Shown here: piece by piece, positions 51,279 to 62,748 of the stretch
Layout: each line of letters starts with the position of its first letter
Position numbering within the stretch: position 1 is the first letter of the stretch
Source: Minisyncoccota bacterium
Lineage (GTDB): Bacteria; Patescibacteriota; Minisyncoccia; Phycocordibacterales; UBA9973
Direction: 5' to 3'
Assembly (NCBI GenBank): GCA_035353995.1
Contig: DAOQAL010000001.1
Location: forward strand, 209,464 to 273,463
Length of the DNA stretch: 64,000 nucleotides
Translations under genes and position numbers: made by a program
The notes under the pieces: generated by a model
The model's input: the letters and a program-made list of their open reading frames with translations, nothing else
Database searches by the model: none
What the model was told of the DNA's origin: nothing

Positions 51279-52544
51279 ATGAAACAATCAAAGCTTTTTA
51301 CTAAAACAAAGAAAGAAAGCCCAGCAGATGAAGTTTCTAGGAATGCAGAATTACTTATTCGTGGTGGTTTTATTCATAAAGAAATGGCTGGAGTTTATTC
51401 TTATTTACCTTTGGGTTTGCGTGTATTAAATAAAATAGAAAATATAATTCGTGAAGAAATGAATCAAATTGGTGGAATAGAAATGAAAACTACTATTCTA
51501 CAAAATAAAGAAATTTGGGAAAAATCAAATAGATGGAGTGATGAAGTTGTAGACAATTGGTTTAAAACAAAATTAAAGGCAGGTGGAGAAATTGGTTTAT
51601 CGTTTACAAATGAAGAAGCCTACTCAAATATTTTAAAACAATATATAAAATCATATAAAGATTTGCCTGTTTATCCATATGATTTTAAGGATATATTTAG
51701 AAATGAAGTTAGAAGTAAATCGGGGATTATGAGAGGAAGAGAATTTTTTTGGAAAGCTCTTTATTCATTTTCTAAAGATGATGAAGAACATAATGCTTTT
51801 TATGAAAAAATAAAAGTTGCTTATCAAAATATTTTTAAGAGAGCTGGTATTGGACATATTACTTATTTAACTTTTGCTTCAGGCGGAAGTTTTTCTAAGT
51901 TTTCTCATGAATTTCAAACTATAACTTCAGTTGGAGAAGATACTATTTATTTGGATGAGAATTCAGGAATTGCAATAAATAAAGAAGTTTATAATGATGA
52001 GACTATCGCTCAACTTAATTTGAAAAAAGAAAATTTAGTTGAAAAAAGAGCAGTTGAAGTTGGAAACATCTTTTCATTAGGAACCAGATTTTCAGAGCCT
52101 TTTAATTTAAAATATAAAAATGAAAATGATGAAGAAAAATTAGTTGTAATGGGAAGTTATGGTATTGGATTGGGAAGATTAATGGGTACTATTGTTGAAG
52201 TGCTTTCTGATGATAAAGGTATTATTTGGCCTGAAAATGTTGCACCGTTTAAGATTCATCTTTTAGCTTTAGGTGAAAGTGAAAATGTAAAAACAGAAGC
52301 AGATAAACTATATGATGTTTTAAATAAAAATAATATTGAAGTTTTATTCGATGACAGAGAAGGTTTGTCTGCCGGAGAAAAATTTGCTGATGCTGATTTA
52401 CTTGGTATTCCATTTCGTGCAGTTGTTTCTGAAAGAAGCATAAAAGAAAAAGGAATTGAATTAAAAAAGCGAACAGAAGAAAAAGGAAAGATTGTATCAG
52501 CTGATGAATTAATAAATATATTAACCACTAAAAAAGCATCTTAA
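51279..52544 (+). CDS. proS: Prolyl-tRNA synthetase (no editing insertion)
   Basis: MKQSKLF, FRNEVR..GIMRGREF, EVGNIF, MGSYGIG, anticodon-binding domain. Confidence 0.94.
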   Translation: MKQSKLFTKTKKESPADEVSRNAELLIRGGFIHKEMAGVYSYLPLGLRVLNKIENIIREEMNQIGGIEMKTTILQNKEIWEKSNRWSDEVVDNWFKTKLKAGGEIGLSFTNEEAYSNILKQYIKSYKDLPVYPYDFKDIFRNEVRSKSGIMRGREFFWKALYSFSKDDEEHNAFYEKIKVAYQNIFKRAGIGHITYLTFASGGSFSKFSHEFQTITSVGEDTIYLDENSGIAINKEVYNDETIAQLNLKKENLVEKRAVEVGNIFSLGTRFSEPFNLKYKNENDEEKLVVMGSYGIGLGRLMGTIVEVLSDDKGIIWPENVAPFKIHLLALGESENVKTEADKLYDVLNKNNIEVLFDDREGLSAGEKFADADLLGIPFRAVVSERSIKEKGIELKKRTEEKGKIVSADELINILTTKKAS

Positions 52545-52545
52545 A

Positions 52546-53572
52546 ATGTTAAATAAATTTTATAAATTAATTTCAAATGATATTGGCATAGATTTAGGAA
52601 CATCTAATACTTTAGTTTATTTAAAAGGTCATGGAATAGTAATTAATGAACCATCTGTAGTTGCTGTAAATATTAAAACAAATCAAATTTTGGCTGTTGG
52701 TACGAAAGCAAAAGAAATGCTTGGAAGAACACCAGGACATATAAAAGCTGTTCGTCCTCTTGTTGATGGAGTAATTTCTGATTTTGAAGTTACAGAGGAA
52801 ATGCTTTCTTATTTGATAAACAAGGCAGATAAGATGTCAAAAAAAATTGCAAGACCAAGAGTTTTAGTAGGAGTTCCATCTGGTACTACAAATGTTGAAA
52901 CTCGCGCTGTATATGATGCTACACGTTCTGCTGGAGCAAGAGAAGTTTTTCTTGTTGAAGAACCAATGGCTGCAGCAATTGGGATAAGACTTCCGGTTAA
53001 AGATGCTGTTGGTTCAATGATAATTGATATTGGTGGTGGAACAACTGATGTAGCTGTGATTTCTTTGGGTGGTATTGTAAAATCTAAAAATTTAAAGATT
53101 GCAGGGGACAGATTAAATAATGATATTGCTACATATATGCGTGATGAATTTAAAATATTAGTTGGAGAAAGAACTGCTGAAGCTGTAAAAATTGCAATAG
53201 GATCAGTAATTCCTGGTGAATATACTGAAATAGAAGTAAGAGGAAGAGATTTGCTAACTGGTTTGCCTAGAGAAGTTGTTGTAACGGATTCTGATATTCG
53301 TGAAGCACTTTCTGGATCTATTAAGGAATTTGTTGAAGGAGTAAAAGATGTTCTTGAAGCAACACCTCCAGAAATTTTGTCAGACATAATGAAAAATGGA
53401 ATAACCTTGTCAGGTGGTGGGGCTTTATTGTTTGGTATTGATCAACTTCTTCAAAACGTTCTTAGGATTCCTATTCATGTAATTGACGATCCTCTTTCTG
53501 CTGTTGCTAGAGGCACTGGCGTTATTCTTGATGATATGGAATATTACAATGATGTTTTGATAAGTAATCAAA

Positions 53573-53592
<20 letters not shown>
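52546..53592 (+). CDS. mreB: Rod shape-determining protein MreB
   Basis: GIDLGTSNT, EEPMAAAIG, DIGGGTT, GGGAL. Confidence 0.97.
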
Positions 53593-55662
<2,070 letters not shown>

Positions 55663-55724
55663 AAAAGTGTATAATTGTTTCTTTACATTCATCTCTGAAT
55701 TGTTATAATATTCACCATAATTAA

Positions 55725-57122
55725 ATGGAAGCAAAAAAAGCAAAAAAGAACGGTAAAAATTGGAAAAAATTCTGGAAGCTCGGAGTAGACGAATTTAACA
55801 CTCAATTTTTAGGAGTAAGTAAAGATGGAAATCTTACCGCTACAGAAGGTAATCATGTATATGATTTAAGCAAACTAGTTATAAAACACGGAACGCCACT
55901 TCAGGTGGTTTTTCCTTTTGTCATAGAAGATCGTCTAAAAGATTTGATTGGTTTTTTTCAAGCATATATGAAGATATACGGATATAAAGGTAAATTCTTT
56001 TATCACTATCCTATGAAAGTAAATCAGAATAAAGAATTTGTTTTGTCCGTTTTGTCAGAAGGAGCAAATTTAGAAGTAACATCCGCAAATGAACTTTGGA
56101 TTGTAAAAAAACTTTGGGAAGGAGAAAAATTTAACAGTAAAATTCGTGTATTTTGTAATGGTCCTAAAACAGATCAATACCTTGATTTAATAGAAGAACT
56201 TCGTGAGAAGGGTATGAACATTGTACCAATTATTGAAGGTTGGGAAGAAATTGAAAGATTGTCTAAATATAAAGGAGATACAGGAATAAGAGTTGATTTA
56301 GATATAAAAGCCGATACCCATTGGGATAAAAAGTTTGATAGATTTGGTTTATCAGAAAAAGACGTGCTTTCATTGGGTAAAATAAAGAATCTAAAGATAA
56401 TGCATTATCATCTTGGTTCTCAAATTAAAACACAAAAAAGTATTTTGGATGGCATAAAACATGCTTTTAGTATTTATGTTCAATTACAGAAAATACATCC
56501 AAATATTGATACCCTAGATATAGGTGGAGGTTTTGGTGTTCCCTACGAAAAGAAAAAGTTTTATACAGCAAAAGGTGTTTCAAGTAAGATAGTAAGAACT
56601 TTAAAAAATTTGTCAGATAAAGCAGGCGTAAAACATCCAAACCTTGCAGTAGAGTGGGGACAGTATGTTGTTGCACCAGCACAGATAACAATTTATAAAA
56701 TAATTTCAAAAAAATATATTCCAAAAGCAAATGCTAAAGCTTGGTATGTTATTGATGGAAGTTTTATTAATGATTTGAAAGATACTTGGACGATTCATCA
56801 AAAGTGGCATGTTGTACCTGTAAACAATATGAACAAAGTTTTAAAAACAACATGGTTAGCTGGAAGCACATGTGATTCAGATGATAAATATACTGCTGGT
56901 GGTAATTATATTCTTTTGCCAAAAATTCCTGATGGTCAAGATCAGTACATTGCAATTTTAGATACAGGTGCATATCAAGATAGTTTATCTTCACATCATT
57001 GTTTACTTTCTGAACCTGCAAAAATATTAGCTTCTGATGGAATGACTCAAGTAATTAGAAAACGTGAGACGCCAGAATCCATAGGAAAACTTTTTGGCTG
57101 GCCAAATGGAGATCATAAATAA
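55725..57122 (+). CDS. PLP-dependent group IV decarboxylase, arginine decarboxylase-like
   Basis: YPMKVN, HYHLGSQ, DIGGGFG, TCDSDD, GAYQ. Confidence 0.8.
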   Translation: MEAKKAKKNGKNWKKFWKLGVDEFNTQFLGVSKDGNLTATEGNHVYDLSKLVIKHGTPLQVVFPFVIEDRLKDLIGFFQAYMKIYGYKGKFFYHYPMKVNQNKEFVLSVLSEGANLEVTSANELWIVKKLWEGEKFNSKIRVFCNGPKTDQYLDLIEELREKGMNIVPIIEGWEEIERLSKYKGDTGIRVDLDIKADTHWDKKFDRFGLSEKDVLSLGKIKNLKIMHYHLGSQIKTQKSILDGIKHAFSIYVQLQKIHPNIDTLDIGGGFGVPYEKKKFYTAKGVSSKIVRTLKNLSDKAGVKHPNLAVEWGQYVVAPAQITIYKIISKKYIPKANAKAWYVIDGSFINDLKDTWTIHQKWHVVPVNNMNKVLKTTWLAGSTCDSDDKYTAGGNYILLPKIPDGQDQYIAILDTGAYQDSLSSHHCLLSEPAKILASDGMTQVIRKRETPESIGKLFGWPNGDHK

Positions 57123-57128
57123 TTTTTA

Positions 57129-57593
57129 ATGAATCTAAAAACTTTTTTTCTTTTTATCTTTCTCTTTGTAATACTTATTTTTGGTTTTGTATTTTTAAAT
57201 AAATATAATTCTCTACAAAAAATAGAAGTAAAAAATATAAAACATGTACAAGTTGCTGGTAAAATAATAAAAGTTAATCTTGCTCTTAATGATAAAGATC
57301 AAGAAATAGGTCTTTCTGGTAAAAAATATTTAAAAGAAAATGAAGGAATGCTTTTTATTTTTTCTGATGTATCTCGTCGTTATTTTTGGATGAAAGAAAT
57401 GAATTTTCCAATAGATATTATTTGGCTTAATGAAAAATTAGAGGTGATTTATATAAAAAAGAATGTGTACCCAGAATCATATCCAGACTCTTTTGGTCCA
57501 GACGAAAATAGTAAGTATGTTTTGGAGGTTAATGCTGGTTTTTCCGAAAAGAATAATTTAAGAGAAGGAAATTTTGTTAAATTTTTACCCTAA
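57129..57593 (+). CDS. DUF192 family protein
   Basis: GLS...GMLFIF...FWMKEMNFPIDIIW...YVLEVNAG. Confidence 0.9.
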   Translation: MNLKTFFLFIFLFVILIFGFVFLNKYNSLQKIEVKNIKHVQVAGKIIKVNLALNDKDQEIGLSGKKYLKENEGMLFIFSDVSRRYFWMKEMNFPIDIIWLNEKLEVIYIKKNVYPESYPDSFGPDENSKYVLEVNAGFSEKNNLREGNFVKFLP

Positions 57594-57715
57594 AAAGCTT
57601 TAATTTTAAAGTGTCAAAAAAAATACCTATTTACATAAGACACCAGCTATTTTATTGCTCTATTTTTTGTTGTTGTTCACTTTCCTAAAGTATTTTTTGG
57701 AGGTAAAATTGCTTT

Positions 57716-60085
57716 ATGAATAAAAATAATATTTTAGATAAAAAGGAGTTAAGCAAAATTAAGAATGTTAGAAACAGGGAGGGAGAGACTATACCTTTTA
57801 ATTTAGAAAAAATTGTTGATGCTATTAATAAAGCATTTTTATCTACTAAAGAAGGAGAGGAAAAGGAAGCAAGAAACGTTGCCAATAGAGTTTTTCATAA
57901 ATTGTTACATGTAAAAGTAGAAAAAAATGATAAAAATTTTTTACCGAGTGTAGAAATGATACAAGATTTTGTAGAAGCTGAATTAATGGAACTGGGTTAT
58001 CATACTACAGCAAAAGCTTATATACTTTATAGATCAAAAAGAGCAGAATTACGAAAAGAAGTTGGTATTGTTCCTTCGGAAAATAAAAAAGTTTTTGATC
58101 AGTCAAGCTCTTACTTTGTTGGATCGTATGAAGAATTTATTTTTTATAGAACTTATTCTAAATGGCAAGACAGTTTAGGTAGAAGAGAAACTTGGGTTGA
58201 GACGATTGATAGATTCATGGCTTATATGAAACATAAGCTTGGTAAAAAACTTTCTGAAAAAGATTTTAATGAAATACGAGAAGGAATTTTAAAACAAGAA
58301 GTTTGTCCTTCAATGAGATTGCTTTGGTCTTCTGGAGAAGCTTGTGAAAAAACAAATGTGTGGGCATACAATTGTTCATTTATTGCTCCATCATGTTGGC
58401 AAGACTTAGGAGAAATAATGTACATATTAATGTGTGGAGCAGGACTTGGTTTTTCTGTAGAATCAGAAACAGTTCAAAAATTTCCTCAGATAAGAAGACA
58501 GACAGGAAAAAAAATAGCTACACATGTTGTTGAAGATAGCAAAGAAGGTTGGGCAGATGCTTTTGTTCTTGGATGTAAAACTTGGGCTGATGGATATGAT
58601 TTAGATTTTGATTATTCAAAAGTACGACCATCTGGTTCTAGACTAAAAACTGCAGGAGGCCGTGCATCTGGTCCTCAACCTCTTATTGATTTAATTAATT
58701 TTACTAAAGCAAAAATATTAACAAAACAAGCAAAACGTCTTTCTAATATAGACTTGCACGATATTATCTGTCAGATAGGACTTATTGTTGTTGCTGGGGG
58801 TGTACGCAGAAGTGCATTGATTTCTTTGTCTGATATTGATGATGAATCAATGAGAAAGTCTAAACAAGGACAATTTTGGGTTGATAATGGACAACGTTCA
58901 ATGGCAAACAACTCTGCTGTTTATGCGCAAAAGCCTTCAGCATCAGAATTTTTAAATGAATGGATAGAACTTATAAAATCTGGTACTGGTGAAAGAGGAA
59001 TATTTAATCGTGGAGGACTTATGTCTCAACTTCCAAAACGTAGAATCGAAAACTGGAAGAAAGCAGGAATTATTGATGATCAAAATGTTATTGTAGGCCT
59101 ACCTGGTTCAAATCCATGTGGAGAAATTACATTACGTTCTAAACAGTTTTGTAATCTTACATCCATTGTAGTGCGTCCTCGTGACACTGTAGCTGATTTA
59201 AAAAGAAAAGTTAGGTTATCTACAATATTGGGTACATACCAAGCTTCATTAACGCACTTTGGTTATTTATCAAAAGAATGGAAAGAGAATTGTGAATCAG
59301 AAGCTTTATTGGGAGTATCAATCACTGGATATTATGACAACAAAACAGTACGAGATGCAAAAGTTTTGGGTGAACTTAAAGAAGAAGCTAAAAAGGTAAA
59401 TAAAGAATATGCTAAAAAATTTGGTATAAATACTTCAACTTGTATAACAACTGTAAAGCCACATGGAAATTCAGGACAACTTCTTTATGTTGGTTCAGGA
59501 ATGCATCCATGGTATGCAAAATATTTTATAAGAAGAGTTCGTATTGCTACAAATGATCCATTGTTTGAACTTATAAAAGATCAGGGTGTTCCTTCAAAAG
59601 CAGAAATTGGTTATTCTACTGCAAATTCCAGTGTAGCAGTTTTGGAATTTCCTATTAAAGCACCAGAAGGTGCAATTACAAGAGATAAAATTTCTGCAAT
59701 AGACTTGCTTGAAGAATGGAAGAAACTAAAAATAAATTATATTGAACATAATCCTTCTGTTACAATTTATGTTGGAAGTGATGAATGGATAAAGGTTGCA
59801 AACTTTGTTTATGAAAACTGGGATATCGTTGGAGGTTTGTCTTTCTTGCCTAGATCAGAACACGTTTATCAACTTGCTCCATATGAAGAGATTTCAAAAG
59901 AAGAATACGAGAAAAGAATGAAAGAAATAAAGCATATTGATTTTTCTAAACTTATGTATTACGAACAAGAAGACAATACAATTGGAGCAAAAGAATTTGC
60001 TTGTGTGTCAGGAGTTTGTTCCATTGATGATGCTTTAGCTGAAGAAGCACAAAAGGAGAGTGCAAAAGACTCTGAAGAGAATTAA
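57716..60085 (+). CDS. nrdJ: Class II (B12-dependent) ribonucleotide reductase with ATP cone
   Basis: N-terminal ATP cone, RRETW, YNCSF, GGVRRSA, NPCGEI, C-terminal CxxxxC; no small subunit nearby. Confidence 0.9.
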   Translation: MNKNNILDKKELSKIKNVRNREGETIPFNLEKIVDAINKAFLSTKEGEEKEARNVANRVFHKLLHVKVEKNDKNFLPSVEMIQDFVEAELMELGYHTTAKAYILYRSKRAELRKEVGIVPSENKKVFDQSSSYFVGSYEEFIFYRTYSKWQDSLGRRETWVETIDRFMAYMKHKLGKKLSEKDFNEIREGILKQEVCPSMRLLWSSGEACEKTNVWAYNCSFIAPSCWQDLGEIMYILMCGAGLGFSVESETVQKFPQIRRQTGKKIATHVVEDSKEGWADAFVLGCKTWADGYDLDFDYSKVRPSGSRLKTAGGRASGPQPLIDLINFTKAKILTKQAKRLSNIDLHDIICQIGLIVVAGGVRRSALISLSDIDDESMRKSKQGQFWVDNGQRSMANNSAVYAQKPSASEFLNEWIELIKSGTGERGIFNRGGLMSQLPKRRIENWKKAGIIDDQNVIVGLPGSNPCGEITLRSKQFCNLTSIVVRPRDTVADLKRKVRLSTILGTYQASLTHFGYLSKEWKENCESEALLGVSITGYYDNKTVRDAKVLGELKEEAKKVNKEYAKKFGINTSTCITTVKPHGNSGQLLYVGSGMHPWYAKYFIRRVRIATNDPLFELIKDQGVPSKAEIGYSTANSSVAVLEFPIKAPEGAITRDKISAIDLLEEWKKLKINYIEHNPSVTIYVGSDEWIKVANFVYENWDIVGGLSFLPRSEHVYQLAPYEEISKEEYEKRMKEIKHIDFSKLMYYEQEDNTIGAKEFACVSGVCSIDDALAEEAQKESAKDSEEN

Positions 60086-60090
60086 CTTAA

Positions 60091-60130
60091 AAACTAAAAG
60101 GCCTCGACTTAAGTCGAGGCCTTTTAGTTT
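60091..60130. terminator. Bidirectional terminator (perfect palindrome)
   Basis: aaactaaaaggcctcgactt/aagtcgaggccttttagttt. Confidence 0.9.
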
Positions 60131-61586
60131 ACTCTATTGGTAAATTTTCTATGTTATTTGCATCTATTTTTTCAAGAGATTTTTTTTCTTTATGTTCTAA
60201 ATATAATTTTCTTGATATTATGAAAATTATTGCAATTAGAATAATAAGGAATATCCATCCTGATATTGTGTTTGGCAATATATTTTCAAATGCAAATAAA
60301 GATGAAGCTGTTAAATTATTTGATATAGGGAAGTAAGCATTGTTTGTGTTTATATCATCTTCTGTTGTTTCTTCTACGTAATTCTCAATATTTTTATTTG
60401 GGTAAACAATATTTTTTGTTTTGTCATCTTCAATTACAATATTTCCATTTCCTGTTGTAGTGAAAGATAATATACTACCCCTTCTTGTGCCTACACTATT
60501 GCTTCCAGCAGCACGGAAATAATAAGTTGTGTTTGGATTTAGATTTGATATTCCTTCTGAAAAAGATTGATAGCTATTTTCAGATCCTATTGTTCGATGA
60601 GTAGTTTCGTTAAAAGTGTATAGATAAGGTGAAGTTCCATATTCAAACCAAGCTTTTGCATTGGTATTTTTAGGATTTATTGTTCCTGCTAACATAGCAG
60701 AACTTTTTGTAACATTACTGATATTTGATGTATTAACTAAAACATAGTGTACAGAACTTCCGCTACCACCACCACCTCCGCCACCGCCTCCACCTGAAGA
60801 ATTTACGGTGAATTTTTTTGCATTTGAGGTTCCATTATTATTAGAAACAGTAACATTGTATTCTCCAGAATTTGCACTGTCTGATATTGTTATTGTTGCT
60901 GTTATAGAAGTTATACTATCAACACTTCTTGAATTTACAGTAATACCAGTGCCTGAAAAATTTACAACAGTACTTGGATTAAAATAATTTCCTGTTAAAA
61001 CAATATTAAAAGTTTTACCTTTATCTGAACTAGATGGGGATACAGAATCTAAGACTGGAGCTACTGTTGTATCAAGAGTTTTAAACGATGTCCATCCTCC
61101 ATAAGTTGTTCCTTTAATATTGCTTGCCTCAATTCTAAAATTATATGTTGTATTTGGTATTAAATTAGTAAGAGTATATGAAGCTAAATGAACAGGCGAA
61201 TTTCCATCTCCTATACTTTGAAGTTGTAATGGTGGAGTAATCGGTGGTCCCATGTGGTACCATGCTTCTGTATGATATCCGTTTGGATTTACTGAACCAT
61301 TTAAAATTGCTCCTGTTTCTGTAACTTGATCTGCAAAAGTGTAAACAATAGAAGGGGATCCATTTGTTAAAATATTTTTTTGGCTAGAAGCGCTTAGTGC
61401 TGGATTGCTTTCAGAAGTTTTATCAGTATAAGAATTTTTTATTGTAGATGAATACGAAAAGCTGGTTGAAACTTCTTTAGAAGCATCAGTTGTTTGTATT
61501 TCTGTGGCAAAAGAATAATTATTAGAAATGACAAAAATGCCGACAAAAAATACAACAAATATTATCTTTTTTATATTTATTTTCAT
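60129..61586 (-). CDS. Cell-surface protein with FN3-like and IPT/TIG-like domains, Gly linker and C-terminal TM
   Basis: Signal peptide; two 'A.L.G.(V/I)NP....AW...L.PNTTY.FR' repeats; 'LDSVSPS...LTG..F' IPT-like unit. Confidence 0.8.
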   Translation of the reverse strand: MKINIKKIIFVVFFVGIFVISNNYSFATEIQTTDASKEVSTSFSYSSTIKNSYTDKTSESNPALSASSQKNILTNGSPSIVYTFADQVTETGAILNGSVNPNGYHTEAWYHMGPPITPPLQLQSIGDGNSPVHLASYTLTNLIPNTTYNFRIEASNIKGTTYGGWTSFKTLDTTVAPVLDSVSPSSSDKGKTFNIVLTGNYFNPSTVVNFSGTGITVNSRSVDSITSITATITISDSANSGEYNVTVSNNNGTSNAKKFTVNSSGGGGGGGGGGSGSSVHYVLVNTSNISNVTKSSAMLAGTINPKNTNAKAWFEYGTSPYLYTFNETTHRTIGSENSYQSFSEGISNLNPNTTYYFRAAGSNSVGTRRGSILSFTTTGNGNIVIEDDKTKNIVYPNKNIENYVEETTEDDINTNNAYFPISNNLTASSLFAFENILPNTISGWIFLIILIAIIFIISRKLYLEHKEKKSLEKIDANNIENLPIE

Positions 61587-61730
61587 TTTATTTTGTAGTT
61601 ATTTTATAAGCTTTTAATAGTAATTTAACTACACTAGTATTCTATCATATTTTCTTAGAAAAGTCAATATGCTTTTGTGTAAATTGACAAGTGTATTAAT
61701 AAAATAATAAAATAGAAAAAAACGTAAAAA

Positions 61731-62111
61731 ATGAGATCTTTCAAAATTTTTGGAATGATAACGATCATGATTGTTATCTCCTTTATGACGTTTGCACAAC
61801 GTCAAGCTAGTTTACCAAACATGGATGATTCAAAAGAAATCAATTCTGACGCTGTGTCTTTCAATGTTGATTTTGTAGCGTTTTCACTGATGAATGAATT
61901 TATACAGTGGAATCCACTCGGAATTTTTTTGCCATTGGAAGAGACTAAAAAACCACCTGCACTTTTAAACGAGGACGGTATTGTATATACCGATACTTTT
62001 TTAGACAGGGTTTTAAAGGAAAATCTGATACGTAACAGGCATTACTGGGAACTTGAAATAGTAAATAAAAAAATTGTTTCCAGGAAACTTTTTGTTAATG
62101 TGAATAATTAA
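61731..62111 (+). CDS. Secreted hypothetical protein
   Basis: Signal peptide ending FA|Q; has its own terminator. Confidence 0.65.
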   Translation: MRSFKIFGMITIMIVISFMTFAQRQASLPNMDDSKEINSDAVSFNVDFVAFSLMNEFIQWNPLGIFLPLEETKKPPALLNEDGIVYTDTFLDRVLKENLIRNRHYWELEIVNKKIVSRKLFVNVNN

Positions 62112-62126
62112 TTTTTTGTTTTCATG

Positions 62127-62160
62127 AAGGCTTAGTTGGTTTAACCAGCTAAGCCTTTTT
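62127..62160 (+). terminator. Intrinsic terminator
   Basis: aaggcttagttgg-tttaa-ccagctaagccttttt. Confidence 0.85.
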
Positions 62161-62196
62161 GCTTGCTTTTTTTTATTTATATTTTATAATAATGTG

Positions 62197-62549
62197 GTCT
62201 TGTATTTGGTGATTGCTCTAGTTGTAAAACTAGGGAGGAAAGTCCGAACACAGCGATTCCTACTTTGTAGGATGGAAATGGTAGCGGGTAATACCCGTCG
62301 GGAGTAATCCTTGAGGTGCGAACAGAGACGTCTTTTTTCTAAAGGGAAAAGACATCAAAGAGAAATCTTTGATGAGTTCTATAGAAATATAGAATATGAA
62401 ACGGCTAAATCCTTACCTCTGTGCAAGATCGTGCTCTTTGAGTAATCTTAGAGAGAATCGCTTGAGTCCTAAAGTAATTTAGGACCTAGATAAATAATCA
62501 CCATTTTTACTTTGTAAAAATTACAGAATTCGGCTTATGAATACAAGAC
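62197..62549 (+). ncRNA. rnpB: RNase P RNA
   Basis: P1 gtcttgtatt/aatacaagac, GAGGAAAGTCC, GTGCGAACAGAGA, GAAACGG, AGATAAATAATCACC, ACAGAATTCGGCTTA. Confidence 0.95.
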
Positions 62550-62558
62550 ATTTAATAT

Positions 62559-62589
62559 GAAAAACCTTCTCCTAAAGAGGAGGTTTTTC
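62559..62589 (+). terminator. Terminator after rnpB
   Basis: gaaaaaccttctc-ctaaa-gaggaggtttttc. Confidence 0.85.
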
Positions 62590-62632
62590 TATTGAACTTG
62601 CTTTTTTATTTAAAGTATGATATACTGGGTTC

Positions 62633-62711
62633 GTGAGTGTGAGGTCATCCTCATATTTATCGTAACAACATAAGTGCCACAAAATCCCGCTTCAATGCGG
62701 GATTTTGTTTT
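62633..62711 (+). ncRNA. Candidate small RNA of about 80 nt
   Basis: TTGCTT-17 nt-TATACT promoter with TGn, a G-U-rich 5' hairpin, and terminator caaaatcccgc/gcgggattttg. Confidence 0.5.
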
Positions 62712-62748
62712 GCTTTTATTTTTTATCATAATGATGTAACCTAATCAT

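Noticed and set aside
52809-53387. Long antisense ORFs (this one in mreB; others in ligA, secD, dnaG)
   Set aside because: They are antisense shadows of well-conserved genes.
60760-60795. GC-rich ccacc/ccgcc repeat
   Set aside because: It simply encodes the poly-Gly linker of the surface protein.
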